This document shows, piece by piece, positions 18,649 to 29,700 of a stretch of 64,000 bases of DNA. Within the stretch, counting starts at the first letter, position 1. The number at the start of each line of letters is the position of its first letter. The stretch lies in the NCBI GenBank assembly GCA_018064935.1, contig JAGHUF010000004.1, forward strand, positions 21,432-85,431. The letters are read 5' to 3'. This DNA is from Candidatus Merdinaster equi. Its GTDB lineage: Bacteria > Bacillota > Clostridia > Lachnospirales > Lachnospiraceae. The notes below the pieces were generated by a model. The model made no database searches and was not told the DNA's origin. It saw only the letters and a list, made by a program, of their open reading frames with translations. The position numbers and the translations under genes were made by a program.

Positions 18649-19266
18649 TTATTCGTACGTCGGTTCAAAATGAACTCCCAGTCTGAGAAGTTCTTTTTTC
18701 ATCTGATCATAATTCTCATAGTGGATTGTATTCCACCCCAGCTCATCGGCTGGATCGAGATTCTTATTCTTATCATCTATGAACACGCACTCTGATGATT
18801 TAAATCCAAACCTCGATTGAAGCAACTTGTATATTTCAGGTTCTGGCTTAATGACCTTTTCCTTATATGACAAAATGTGACCATCCATCATTTCAAGGAA
18901 ATTGAGCACCTGCCTGTCATCCTCATGAATGCGTTTAGGATAATTGGACAAAGCATACACCTTGTAGCCAGCTTTTTTCAGTCCCAGTATCATCGGAACT
19001 GTTTCCTGGCGAAGACGAATCAAACCTCTTGTATCCATGCTCTTCTTAATTATGTCTTCAATTTCAGGGTCAAGAGCTATAAACTGCTTAATAACTTCTT
19101 CCTCCGACTCTGCGCCTTTATCAAGCTTATCCCAAACATCACTCATGGCCGTTGCTTTAAGTAATCTCATCTGAAGATCAGGGGCGTCAGTACATTTAGC
19201 CGCATGCTCTTTAAAAAGAACATCTACAAGTACATTTCCAATGTCAAAAATAATAGTATTAACCAT
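18649..19266 (-). CDS. HAD-superfamily hydrolase (subfamily IA-like)
   Basis: 205 aa. N-terminal IIFDIGNVLVD (DxG/DxD-type motif I) and C-terminal FIDDKNKN (motif IV-like). Confidence 0.7.
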   Translation of the reverse strand: MVNTIIFDIGNVLVDVLFKEHAAKCTDAPDLQMRLLKATAMSDVWDKLDKGAESEEEVIKQFIALDPEIEDIIKKSMDTRGLIRLRQETVPMILGLKKAGYKVYALSNYPKRIHEDDRQVLNFLEMMDGHILSYKEKVIKPEPEIYKLLQSRFGFKSSECVFIDDKNKNLDPADELGWNTIHYENYDQMKKELLRLGVHFEPTYE

Positions 19267-19294
19267 TTATCAGGGTTCCTTTTAGTGCTCGTGT

Positions 19295-20587
19295 TTATTT
19301 GCTAAGGGGACTCTTACGATAGATGATATCCTCTCTTCCGGGTCCATTAGATACCATTGTAATTGGGTATCCAATTTCATTCTCTATAAACTCTACATAC
19401 TTCCTACAATTCTCAGGTAAATCTTCATACTTCTTAATACCACGAATGTCACATTTCCAGCCAGGAAGTGTCTTGAGAACTGGTTTAGCCTTCTCAAGCT
19501 TGCATGTAACTGGGAAGTCTGTAGTCACTTCTCCATCAATCTCATATCCAACACATACTGGAATCTCATCCAGATATCCCAATGGATCAAGGACAGTAAA
19601 TGCAACATCAGTTGTTCCCTGAAGACGGCATCCATATTTAGATGCAACACAGTCGAACCAACCTACTCTTCTTGGACGTCCTGTAGTTGCTCCATATTCT
19701 CCCTTATCGCCTCCACGCTTTCTAAGTTCCTCAGCCTCATCTCCGAAAATCTCAGATACAAACGCTCCAGCACCAACAGCTGAAGAATATGCCTTACATA
19801 CAGTAACAATCTGCTTAATCTCATATGGAGGAATACCAGCGCCAATCGCACCATAAGCAGCAAGTGTTGATGATGATGTAACCATAGGATAGATACCATG
19901 ATCTGGATCCTTCATAGTTCCAAGCTGACCCTCTAACAGAATTGTCTTTCCTTCTTTAATAGCCTTATCAAGGAAGGCAGATACATCACAAACATATGGT
20001 GCAACCATATCTCTATAGCTATGAAGTGTTTCCAGCAGCTCATCTGGATTAATCTGTGGCTTGTGATAAAGATGCTCAAGCATAATATTCTTAAGCTCAC
20101 ATACTCTTGCAACCTTTTCTTTAAGAGTATCCTCATCAAACAACTCGCTTACCTGGAAACCAATTTTCGCATATTTATCTGAATAGAAAGGCGCAATTCC
20201 TGACTTTGTTGATCCAAATGATTTACCAGCCAATCTCTCCTCTTCATATGCATCAAACAATACATGATATGGCATAACAATCTGACATCTGTCTGACACC
20301 AAAATCTTAGGCATTGGAACATTACCATCAACGATTGCCTTTATTTCATTGAAAAGTTTTGGAATATCAAGCGCAACACCATTACCAATAATACTAGTTG
20401 TATGTGAATAGAACACACCAGATGGAAGTGTATGAAGTGCAAATCTACCATAATTGTTTACGATAGTATGTCCTGCATTAGCTCCACCCTGAAAACGAAT
20501 GATGATGTCAGCATTTTCTGCAAGCATATCTGTAATCTTGCCTTTTCCTTCATCACCCCAGTTTGCTCCAACAACTGCCTTAACCAT
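19295..20587 (-). CDS. purA: adenylosuccinate synthase
   Basis: 430 aa. GANWGDEGKGK P-loop, GGANAGHT and GTTGRPRR(V)GW. Confidence 0.95.
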   Translation of the reverse strand: MVKAVVGANWGDEGKGKITDMLAENADIIIRFQGGANAGHTIVNNYGRFALHTLPSGVFYSHTTSIIGNGVALDIPKLFNEIKAIVDGNVPMPKILVSDRCQIVMPYHVLFDAYEEERLAGKSFGSTKSGIAPFYSDKYAKIGFQVSELFDEDTLKEKVARVCELKNIMLEHLYHKPQINPDELLETLHSYRDMVAPYVCDVSAFLDKAIKEGKTILLEGQLGTMKDPDHGIYPMVTSSSTLAAYGAIGAGIPPYEIKQIVTVCKAYSSAVGAGAFVSEIFGDEAEELRKRGGDKGEYGATTGRPRRVGWFDCVASKYGCRLQGTTDVAFTVLDPLGYLDEIPVCVGYEIDGEVTTDFPVTCKLEKAKPVLKTLPGWKCDIRGIKKYEDLPENCRKYVEFIENEIGYPITMVSNGPGREDIIYRKSPLSK

Positions 20588-20740
20588 ATCAAATTCCTGC
20601 CTTTCACATTGACATTTGATTTGTGCACACGCACTCCTATAGTATATCGCGAATTACCGTGGATTTCCACCCTTTATCGTGAACATATATGAATACATAT
20701 ATGAATATATAAAAGCAACTCTTTGCAGGCTCGTGTGATT

Positions 20741-20769
20741 AAAAAAGGAGCGCCACATTGTGACGCCCC
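20741..20769 (-). terminator. intrinsic terminator after fba
   Basis: Reverse strand reads GGGGCGUCAC...GUGGCGCUCC (includes G-U pairs) followed by UUUUUU. Confidence 0.55.
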
Positions 20770-20787
20770 TTACATAATTCATTATAA

Positions 20788-21756
20788 TCAGATCTTGTTG
20801 TCAGAACCAAGAACGTTCTTAATCTTGTGAGCAACCATATCCTTAACAGCCTGACGAGCTGGTTTAAGGTACTGACGAGGATCGAAGTGATCAGGATGCT
20901 CTGCATAGTACTTTCTGATGTTACCTGTCATAGCAAGACGAATATCAGAGTCGATGTTAATCTTACATACAGCAAGCTTAGCTGCCTGACGAAGCTGCTC
21001 TTCAGGAATACCTACAGCATCTGGCATATTTCCGCCATACTGGTTAACCATCTTAACGAATTCCTGAGGAACTGAAGATGAACCATGAAGTACGATAGGG
21101 AATCCAGGAAGTCTCTTCATGCACTCCTCAAGTACATCAAAACGAAGTGGAGGTGGAACAAGAATTCCATCAGCATTTCTTGTACACTGAGCTGCAGTGA
21201 ACTTGTATGCACCATGAGAAGTACCGATTGCGATTGCAAGTGAATCACATCTTGTCTTATCAACGCACTCTTCTACTTCTTCAGGACGAGTATAGCTCTC
21301 TTTTCCTGCTTCAACTACTACTTCATCTTCGATACCAGCAAGTGTTCCAAGTTCAGCCTCTACTACTACGCCATGAGCGTGAGCATACTCTACTACCTGC
21401 TTGGTAAGAGCGATGTTATCCTCGAAGCTCTTAGAAGAAGCATCGATCATTACAGAAGTAAATCCGCCATCGATACAGCTCTTGCAAAGCTCGAATGAAT
21501 CACCATGATCAAGGTGAAGAGCGATAGGAATCTGAGGATTCTCTGCTACAGCTGCCTCAACTAACTTTACAAGATAGGTGTGGTTAGCGTATGCACGTGC
21601 GCCCTTTGAAACCTGAAGGATAACAGGGCTGTTAAGCTCGCCTGCTGCCTCGGTGATACCCTGAACGATTTCCATGTTGTTAACGTTGAATGCGCCAACT
21701 GCATAGCCACCGTCATAAGCCTTTTTAAACATTTCGGTTGTTGTAACTAATGCCAT
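20788..21756 (-). CDS. fba: class II fructose-1,6-bisphosphate aldolase
   Basis: 322 aa. FNVNNME, LHLDHG and HGSS motifs. Confidence 0.9.
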   Translation of the reverse strand: MALVTTTEMFKKAYDGGYAVGAFNVNNMEIVQGITEAAGELNSPVILQVSKGARAYANHTYLVKLVEAAVAENPQIPIALHLDHGDSFELCKSCIDGGFTSVMIDASSKSFEDNIALTKQVVEYAHAHGVVVEAELGTLAGIEDEVVVEAGKESYTRPEEVEECVDKTRCDSLAIAIGTSHGAYKFTAAQCTRNADGILVPPPLRFDVLEECMKRLPGFPIVLHGSSSVPQEFVKMVNQYGGNMPDAVGIPEEQLRQAAKLAVCKINIDSDIRLAMTGNIRKYYAEHPDHFDPRQYLKPARQAVKDMVAHKIKNVLGSDNKI

Positions 21757-21866
21757 TTTTATATCTTCCTTTCTTTAAGGTTTTTTAACTACGCCTAATT
21801 ATACACAGATTTTTGGTAAATGGGAAGAAGTTATCCTAAATTTGGATTTAATATAATTCCTTTGCC

Positions 21867-23303
21867 CTACACATTTATCTGAGCCTTAACTCCAAGCACT
21901 TCCTTGTTCGCTTCAAGAATCGGATTCACTTCCTCACGAAGGAATACCTCAACCTGATAAGGTGCTCGTCCAACATATTTAGATGGATCCATTGTTTTCT
22001 TAAGTTCATCAAGAGAGAGTCCAAATGCAGGATCTGCCGCAATGAGCTCAAGAAGATTATTATCAAGACCTTTCTCCTTAACATTTGCTCCGGCTTCCAT
22101 AGACTTAGTCCTTATCATCTCGTGAAGTTCCTGTCTGTCACCGCCCGCCTTTACAGCGTCCATCATTATATTCTCAGTTGCCATGAACGGAAGCTCACTC
22201 ATGAGTCTCTTGGTGATTACCTTATCATGAACAACAAGTCCATCAACAACATTCAGGCACAGATCCAGAACACCATCGATTGCCAGAAATCCTTCAGGAA
22301 TTGACAGTCTCTTATTAGCTGAATCATCCAATGTTCTCTCAAACCACTGAGTTGCAGAGGTAATAGCTGGATTAAGTGCATCAATCATTACATATCTTGA
22401 AAGAGATGCTATTCTCTCTGAACGCATTGGATTTCTCTTATAAGCCATCGCAGATGAGCCAATCTGATTTTTTTCAAATGGCTCTTCCACTTCTTTGAGG
22501 TGCTGCAGAAGTCTGATGTCATTGCTCATTTTGTGAGCAGATGCTGCAATTCCTGCAACAACATTAAGCACTCTTGTATCCTGCTTGCGCGAATAAGTCT
22601 GTCCAGATACTGGGAAGCATTTCTCGAATCCCATCTTGTTCGCAATCATTGTATCAATTTTATCAATAACTTCGTTGTTGCCATCAAACAACTCAAGGAA
22701 GGATGCCTGTGTACCTGTTGTTCCCTTTGAACCAAGCATCTTCATTCCTGACAGCACATGGTCAAGATCTTCTAAATCCATCAGGAATTCCTGCATCCAG
22801 AGGGTTGCTCTTTTTCCTACAGTTGTAGGCTGTGCCGGCTGGAAGTGTGTAAATGCAAGAGTGGGAAGTGACTTATACTCGTCAGCAAATTTTGCAAGCT
22901 CTGCAATAACATTAATCAGCTTCTTTCTTACAAGCTCAAGAGCTCTTGTCATAACGATGATATCTGTATTATCACCTACATAGCAGCTTGTTGCTCCAAG
23001 GTGGATAATACCCTTTGCTTTTGGACACTGAACACCATAGGCATAAACATGGCTCATAACGTCATGTCTAACTTCTTTTTCACGTGCCTTCGCAACATCA
23101 TAATTAATGTCATCCTGGTGCGCCTTTAGTTCCTCAATCTGCTCATCAGTAATATCCAGTCCAAGTTCTTTTTCCGTTTCAGCAAGTGCAATCCACAGCT
23201 TTCTCCAGGTTCTGAATTTCATATCAGGTGAGAAGATATACTGCATTTCCTTACTTGCATATCTCTCTGATAATGGGCTTACATATCTGTCTGTATCTGA
23301 CAT
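21867..23303 (-). CDS. purB: adenylosuccinate lyase
   Basis: 478 aa. YVSPLSERYASKEM N-terminus and the GSSAMAYKRNP signature loop. Confidence 0.95.
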   Translation of the reverse strand: MSDTDRYVSPLSERYASKEMQYIFSPDMKFRTWRKLWIALAETEKELGLDITDEQIEELKAHQDDINYDVAKAREKEVRHDVMSHVYAYGVQCPKAKGIIHLGATSCYVGDNTDIIVMTRALELVRKKLINVIAELAKFADEYKSLPTLAFTHFQPAQPTTVGKRATLWMQEFLMDLEDLDHVLSGMKMLGSKGTTGTQASFLELFDGNNEVIDKIDTMIANKMGFEKCFPVSGQTYSRKQDTRVLNVVAGIAASAHKMSNDIRLLQHLKEVEEPFEKNQIGSSAMAYKRNPMRSERIASLSRYVMIDALNPAITSATQWFERTLDDSANKRLSIPEGFLAIDGVLDLCLNVVDGLVVHDKVITKRLMSELPFMATENIMMDAVKAGGDRQELHEMIRTKSMEAGANVKEKGLDNNLLELIAADPAFGLSLDELKKTMDPSKYVGRAPYQVEVFLREEVNPILEANKEVLGVKAQINV

Positions 23304-23356
23304 TTTTATCCTCCTTTTATGCCCAGGCGGGCAATCATTTTCTTATGTACCTTAAA

Positions 23357-24559
23357 TCAAAGTGCAGAATTCTTCTCCTCATACTCATCTAACAATGAGA
23401 GAATCTTGGCTGAGTCTTCCTTGTACTCAAGCACCATCCTTCTGATTTCTTCCATGCTGGTATCCGACAGCCTCTCACCGTTCTCAATCTGCTTACGAAG
23501 CGTCTGTCTTCTAACATTGTACTTATGCCTAATCTCGACCATTTCCTTCGGATTGAGTATCGCTTCATATTGATATATCCAGATAGTCGGGTCAAACAGA
23601 TTATATTTACGAAGCAGCCTTAACATATCTTTCTGATAATAATCAAGGTCCTCCATAACGCGGGCATACTCTGCTCTCAATTCTTTTTCTCTTCGATAAT
23701 CCTCAAGAAGCTTCTCTATCTTCCTCGAGGAATCATATCCATACTTGAGGTAATAATAATCGAGAAGATTTGTATTATTCACATAGCGAATCTTCACACG
23801 GTTCTGAAGCAAAATCAATTTGTCCATATTGCGGTTGATTCTATCGAGTTCCTGATCCGCATCCTTAAATCTTACAAATACAATAGTGAGCACCGTTGCA
23901 GTTATAAGAATTGCCATGATATATCCCAGCCTTACATCCATCTTGAGATATATCTGAAACAGCACCAATGCAAAAATAAGTATTCCCATTGCACCCAGGC
24001 ATACTTTGGCAACAGTCTTCAGATTCATCATAAGACCTGCCAGCTCACGTCTTCTCACATGGAAAGCCTGATGCTCGGCATCAAGTCTTTTTAAGTCGTG
24101 ATGAATTAAACTCTGGTAATCTTCTGTCTCACGAAGCTTGACAATACCTTCCTCAAGTTCAAGCTCATTAGCTTCTATCTCATGGAACTGTTCATCTGAC
24201 ATCGCCCCCTTATGAATTGGGTTTGAATTTCTTGATGTTTCAAGATTCTGCAGATTCTTACAACACGCAATAAGCTGCGAACGCTCGTCCTTAGGAAGTG
24301 CATCCAACTCCTCAATATCGCACAGATACGACGTCACTGACTGGTACTCACTCGACAGAGATTTGACATTGGACTTCGCATCCTGAAGCTGATCGAGTAA
24401 GCTTCTTACATAGGTCTCACGTCCCTCAGAGCTTGATAAATCAAAGTCTTCTCTTCTAACCTGATAGGCCTCGCTTTCCTTAAGTTCTTCTGACTCGGCC
24501 TCTACTTCTTCATATTCTTTTTTTCCACGGAAACCAAATAGTTTCTTAAATAGTCCCAT
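23357..24559 (-). CDS. uncharacterised coiled-coil / 2-TM / coiled-coil membrane protein (module gene 4)
   Basis: 400 aa. Charged heptad-like N-terminal half, two central TM helices (VCLGAMGILIFALVLFQIYL and LGYIMAILITATVLTIVFV), and a charged helical C-terminal half. It starts 3 nt after the upstream stop. Confidence 0.6.
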   Translation of the reverse strand: MGLFKKLFGFRGKKEYEEVEAESEELKESEAYQVRREDFDLSSSEGRETYVRSLLDQLQDAKSNVKSLSSEYQSVTSYLCDIEELDALPKDERSQLIACCKNLQNLETSRNSNPIHKGAMSDEQFHEIEANELELEEGIVKLRETEDYQSLIHHDLKRLDAEHQAFHVRRRELAGLMMNLKTVAKVCLGAMGILIFALVLFQIYLKMDVRLGYIMAILITATVLTIVFVRFKDADQELDRINRNMDKLILLQNRVKIRYVNNTNLLDYYYLKYGYDSSRKIEKLLEDYRREKELRAEYARVMEDLDYYQKDMLRLLRKYNLFDPTIWIYQYEAILNPKEMVEIRHKYNVRRQTLRKQIENGERLSDTSMEEIRRMVLEYKEDSAKILSLLDEYEEKNSAL

Positions 24560-24562
24560 CCG

Positions 24563-25390
24563 TTATTCTCCGCGTTTTCTGTACTCGTTTTTAAGATTCT
24601 CTGACAGCGTCAAAACCTGCTGCTTATATTCAGGTGTCTTCCCTGAATTAATCAGCTCATCAACACACTTCTTCTCATCTGATTGTATGTAAGCAGCTTT
24701 GGCATCTGCTATTCTGGAATCCGCCTCAAACTCCAGCGCTTCAATATCAACATTCGCAATCCCAGACAGTTTCCTCTTTATTGTCGCAGGATCATCATGG
24801 AGCTTAACTGCCATAATATAATTGACCAGGGCCTCTTTGGTAAAAGTCAGATGATACGACTTCTCAAACAGCTCCTGTGCATACTCAAACAAGAATAGTG
24901 AGCAGGCTGATTTTCCCATTGAATTGTATATATCACCAACAAGCAGAAGGTCCTTGTTTCCGACCTGACTGATAAGGAGCTGATAATCATATAGTGCACT
25001 GGCAGCATCGCCCATTGACGCTCTGTGGTCGATTCTTTTTTTCTGCCTCTCATATGGATTCAGTCTACCCGTCTCATTCAGCACTTCCCTGATTCTGACA
25101 AGTTCTTCTCTGGTCACATAATGTGCATACTCAAGTATCGTTGAGACAAAAAGAGCAAACGTGTTAATGCCTCTAAGCACCTGCATCAGATCCCTTGCCA
25201 GATCCCTAAGTCCAAGCTGCATATCAATCCACTCAACCAAGTTCTGTTTAAAGTCATCCTGATCAAGAAGCTCAGCATTTTCAACCAGATAGTAGCACAG
25301 CTCCTCAATGCAGTATATTCCCACACCGCTCTCGCCTATTCTATATGGAGTTGTAGCATAATTACCTATACAGGTTCTAAGCTTACTCAA
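24563..25390 (-). CDS. uncharacterised helical protein (module gene 3)
   Basis: 275 aa. TTG start preceded by AGGAGAAG. No recognised motif. 22-nt gap to the upstream gene. Confidence 0.55.
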   Translation of the reverse strand: MSKLRTCIGNYATTPYRIGESGVGIYCIEELCYYLVENAELLDQDDFKQNLVEWIDMQLGLRDLARDLMQVLRGINTFALFVSTILEYAHYVTREELVRIREVLNETGRLNPYERQKKRIDHRASMGDAASALYDYQLLISQVGNKDLLLVGDIYNSMGKSACSLFLFEYAQELFEKSYHLTFTKEALVNYIMAVKLHDDPATIKRKLSGIANVDIEALEFEADSRIADAKAAYIQSDEKKCVDELINSGKTPEYKQQVLTLSENLKNEYRKRGE

Positions 25391-25412
25391 TGTCTTCTCC
25401 TAATTATCGCTT

Positions 25413-26705
25413 CTATATCTCTATAACATCTTCAACAAGATAGTCCGTCTTCTTAAACAATTCGCCAAATCCCATATCTCTCACCGCAAGCTTCATATGT
25501 TCTTCATCTTCAAAGCTAAGATTAAGCGAGATACGTGACGCCTTCGGCGGTCTTGGCGGAAAGCCCTCCAGAACCATTTGAAGTTGCCTTTTTTCGCGTC
25601 CATTCATTGGCGTAATCACGATTTTTATTGCGGCATCTTCTTCCAATATAAATTCCTTGTATACCTCAATATCAAACCAGTTCGCACCAGCTTCAAACAG
25701 CGGAAGATATTTCTCTTCACCATCTGTCACAGCAAGGATTCCCACGTTAGCCCGAATCTTATCGCGTCCCAGGAAAACATTTTTGAGAGTCACTTCACTA
25801 GGATAAACTTTCTCAGCGGCCCCATAGCATGCACCCTTACTGTATAGATTATTCCCTTGGAATACTCTCTTATTACCGCACATGAACCTGAGCGACTCTT
25901 TCATCCAACCGCCGCCAAATCCATCTCCAATCAGAAAAACAGCATTTACAATCCGTCCATCACACAGCCCCTTTAGCACTTCAAGGAATTTCTCATCCTT
26001 GCGAGCTGATACGACTTCTTTTCTATCTTCATCATCTTCAGGAATTGCTTCCATAATGGACTTATCATGCGTCTGCTGCTCCATGAACGATACAGCCGGG
26101 GACTGTGCCACATTCATTTCCATTCTCATACTCGACAGACCATTTCTTGAATCCAGCAGGAGCAAATCATGTCCACGAAGTTCCTTACCCTGATGCATTA
26201 CATACTGATAAAAGCTTTCTGCATGGCTCTGGAAGAAAAAATGACTCCTGTCCATACTCATTTCTTCCATAACCTGTTCAAGAACACCAATCAGATGAAC
26301 ATCCATATCGTCAGAAGTTATCATAAGATAATCGCTGGCTTCCCCACCAAACACAAAACCGATTTGCGCTAGGGTTCTTTTAATAAATAAGGCAAGAAGC
26401 GATATTGGGCTAAAAGCCTCATCGGCAACTGGTACACTCACTCCTTCGAGCGCTTTACTTACCAGCTCTTTGACCAGGACAACATCCTCATCTGTTTCCT
26501 TTGCAAGCGCCTCCGGTCCCCAATACCACTGATTGACATCCTCTCGTTTGGCAAGCAGTGTAGGGATTGCAAACTGTTCCTTACCTGTAATGGTAGAAAA
26601 AGTTTCTGGTTCCAGCCTGTCGGAATAACAGTAGCTAAGCTGCGATATTGAATTACCAAGTTCAAGTCCGGCTATAAGCCTTCCCTTTTTATCTCGAAAC
26701 AGCAT
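25413..26705 (-). CDS. divergent Hsp70/actin-fold protein with degenerate nucleotide-binding motifs and an Hsp70-like beta substrate-binding domain, no lid (module gene 2)
   Basis: 430 aa. IAGLELGNSISQLSY matches DnaK IGIDLGTTNS. DLLLLDSRNGLSS sits where DLGGGT occurs. AVFLIGDGFGGGWMKESL...SKGACYGAAEKV matches LVGG.tRmP...DeaVA.GAA. LEGFPPRPPKASRISLNLSFEDEEHMKLAVRDMGFG matches L.GIPPAPRG.PQIEVTFDIDANGIL.VSAKD. GAGGTG RBS. Confidence 0.6.
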   Translation of the reverse strand: MLFRDKKGRLIAGLELGNSISQLSYCYSDRLEPETFSTITGKEQFAIPTLLAKREDVNQWYWGPEALAKETDEDVVLVKELVSKALEGVSVPVADEAFSPISLLALFIKRTLAQIGFVFGGEASDYLMITSDDMDVHLIGVLEQVMEEMSMDRSHFFFQSHAESFYQYVMHQGKELRGHDLLLLDSRNGLSSMRMEMNVAQSPAVSFMEQQTHDKSIMEAIPEDDEDRKEVVSARKDEKFLEVLKGLCDGRIVNAVFLIGDGFGGGWMKESLRFMCGNKRVFQGNNLYSKGACYGAAEKVYPSEVTLKNVFLGRDKIRANVGILAVTDGEEKYLPLFEAGANWFDIEVYKEFILEEDAAIKIVITPMNGREKRQLQMVLEGFPPRPPKASRISLNLSFEDEEHMKLAVRDMGFGELFKKTDYLVEDVIEI

Positions 26706-26711
26706 TTGTTG

Positions 26712-29700
26712 CTACACCTCACTGCGGAACAACTGTCCAACAACATATTTCTTCTCTGAATAATTCTCATATACAGAATTGAATGTCATATATTCACCAA
26801 GATTTCCTGCAACCATCATATCATTCAGTAGCGCATATCTTGAGTCTGGTGATACTTCGTTAGTATCATTCTTGCTAATAGTGTCACTCTGTGTAAGCTG
26901 CTCTTCCCCATCTCTATTCTCAGTAATGTAATACTGAAGCGTCTCCCCGAAAAAGAGAACAAACGAGTACACATATATATCTCTGTACATTCTCTTCATC
27001 GGAATTGTAAGATATTCAGCCTCGCCGGTTCCTCGCTCAATGCAGTAGTGGATAGTAACATCCGTTCCACCTTCCGCATGATATTCAATCATTGTCTGGT
27101 CAAGTATGAGCGACAATGACGGGAGCACCTTGCCATAATTTCTGAAGAACGGGAACACAATGCTCTTTCCCATGAATTCCTCCAGGAAACGGACGCATAA
27201 CTGCAGTGTCTCCTCACTTCTGTCCGCGCAATCTGCATAGTATTTGAGATATGCAAGTTTACAAACATCCTGAAGTTCCTCACCACGATAAAACAATCTC
27301 GTGTAGTAAGTCCACATTTCACTGTCCATCACCTGCTCATCTTCAAAATAACCCTGTGCTTCGCTAGTGAGGAATGCAATCTCCACAACCTTCTTTGCAC
27401 CATTTTTCACATATGAGTAGAACAGCTGATTCTTCTCGCCAACATAGCAGCCTGTAAACAAATATTGGACGATTATCCTCTCGCACAGCTCATTCACATC
27501 TAAGTCAAACTCACTTCCGGCTTTCCACAAATCACGCAGATTCCTTATAGTGCCCTGATAATATGCTATAAGATAACGAAGCAGATTCTCATCATATCTT
27601 TTTTTGCGGAAAATAGAGAATGCCAGTGTCAGCAAAGTGTCATCCTCTTTGTATTCCATTCGCACTATGAGCCTGCTGACAAGTCTTATCAGAATATTTC
27701 CATCCGCAAGACCTTCCCCATACTGTGCCAGCCAGCTGTATGCCACATCATACATTCCTCGGTTTACAAGAAGCTGAAGGAATTCGGCCCTTTCCTTCTC
27801 ACCCATTGTTGCCGGACTAACATCAGCAAGTATTTCATCGACTTCAGAAATCAAATCATTCTCATAATAGAATTTTGCCAGGCGAAGCCTGATTTCCTTG
27901 CGGAACGCTTCAGTTATTCTGTCTGACTTCCACAATCTTCTAAACGAAACCGCATTCTTTACAGTGATTGTAATTCCATTTTCTGTATTGCCACATAGAT
28001 GAAGATCAAGACCTAAATGAGTTGATACTCTTTCACCAATAATTTTTATAAACCTGCCCGGAATCATTAGTTTTTCAATATCATACAATTCCTCGCTGGC
28101 AATACGATTTCCACCTGCATCCTGGAGAACAATACTGTAATCCGAACTGTACACCGGAACTATAGCTTTGCCACCCACAACAGGATATGTCATCTCTCCT
28201 TTTAGCTTGTCATAAATAATTACAAGCTGACGGATACTCTCATCATTAACAGTTATCAAATGCGAAAACAAAATTGGAACAAAGGCTTCTACTAACTGCT
28301 CATCTCTGAGCACTGCCTCATTGACAAGTTCCTTGTATAAATATGCCAAATCCCGCGTTATATGGCTTTGACGAATCTGGTCAATAACAAATTCTTCAAT
28401 AAGAGTCCTGTATGTATCATATATTTCTGGGAACTTATCCCTATACCTGTAAACGTTTGCATAAAGGAATGCTTTTTTGTCATATGACAATTCTGAATGA
28501 TATGCAAAGTACATCATAATCATCTTAGGGAGCTCTCTTGTGTAACTCTCCGGAATCGCCATCATATAGTATTCAAACAATCTGGTTACCCTGAGTTCAC
28601 GCTCTACTCCAAGGCTATACCAGGCAAATTCCTTCTCCGAAGTTTTATTGCCTCTTATCAGCATGGTACATATCAGTTCAAGCGTATCATCATCCTCGGC
28701 CACCTGATAACACTTCTCCAGAATAAACAGAAGTCTTGATGAATATGTTCTGGTTCTCTGAACCAGTGCATGAATCTGCAGAATCAGATCTCTTTTGAGC
28801 AGCTCTTTTTTAGCCGCAAAGTTGAGTATCTGAAGTTCATATTCCGTAAGCTTCATGAGAAGGGTGGGGTTTGCATTGAGAAGCGTCAGAGCCTCCACAT
28901 AGAGAACCGGGCTTATGCAGCCACCATAAAACTGCTGTTCTAAGAACATCCACTTCTTATAAGGACTTTTCGCAAATTCCTCACGAAGATACAAAAGCAG
29001 CCATGCTATTCTCCAATTATCTGAATACCTTGCATATATATCTTCCACCTTGGAAGTAACCTGATTTACGTACTCCTCGTCTCTATTAACCAAGCTGGTC
29101 AAATAAAGATAATAGCAGTATTCCTCAGGCTTAGAATCTGTTTTCTCCAATTCAGCTTCTACTCGACCAAGAATCCACTTTGCTTCATTCACTCTGTCCT
29201 GCGTAATAAGAATCTGCGCCTGAAACATACGTGCAGATAGATTTTTCTCATCAATGGCATTCATTCTGTCGACTATATCCGCAGTATTTTTAAGCCACAT
29301 GTCTGAGGATATCTTTTTTAATCTGAATGCAGTGTAATACTCCATGAGACTAAGAGTAAGTTCCTGCATTTGCTTCTTAACAGACCTGCGGAGTGCACGA
29401 CTGTATGGACGCGTAACCAAAACTGGAATCTCAATAGATGTGTAAGGACTATAAATATGAATCTTACCGTAGTTATTACCTGCATGAAGCTTGGATGAAT
29501 CCACATAATAACTAAATGTACAGATATTTCCCAGAAAATTATCATCAGTCAGATAGTTCTTCTCTGTAGACAGAAAATCGCCATCAGTTTCTATTGCAAG
29601 TGCTGTTAATCCCCAGCCATTCCTTGTAATAGTCACCTTACCTTCTTCAACATCGTACGGATCTTCTATTCTGATATGTTCCTCCATCGGGAGGTATTCA

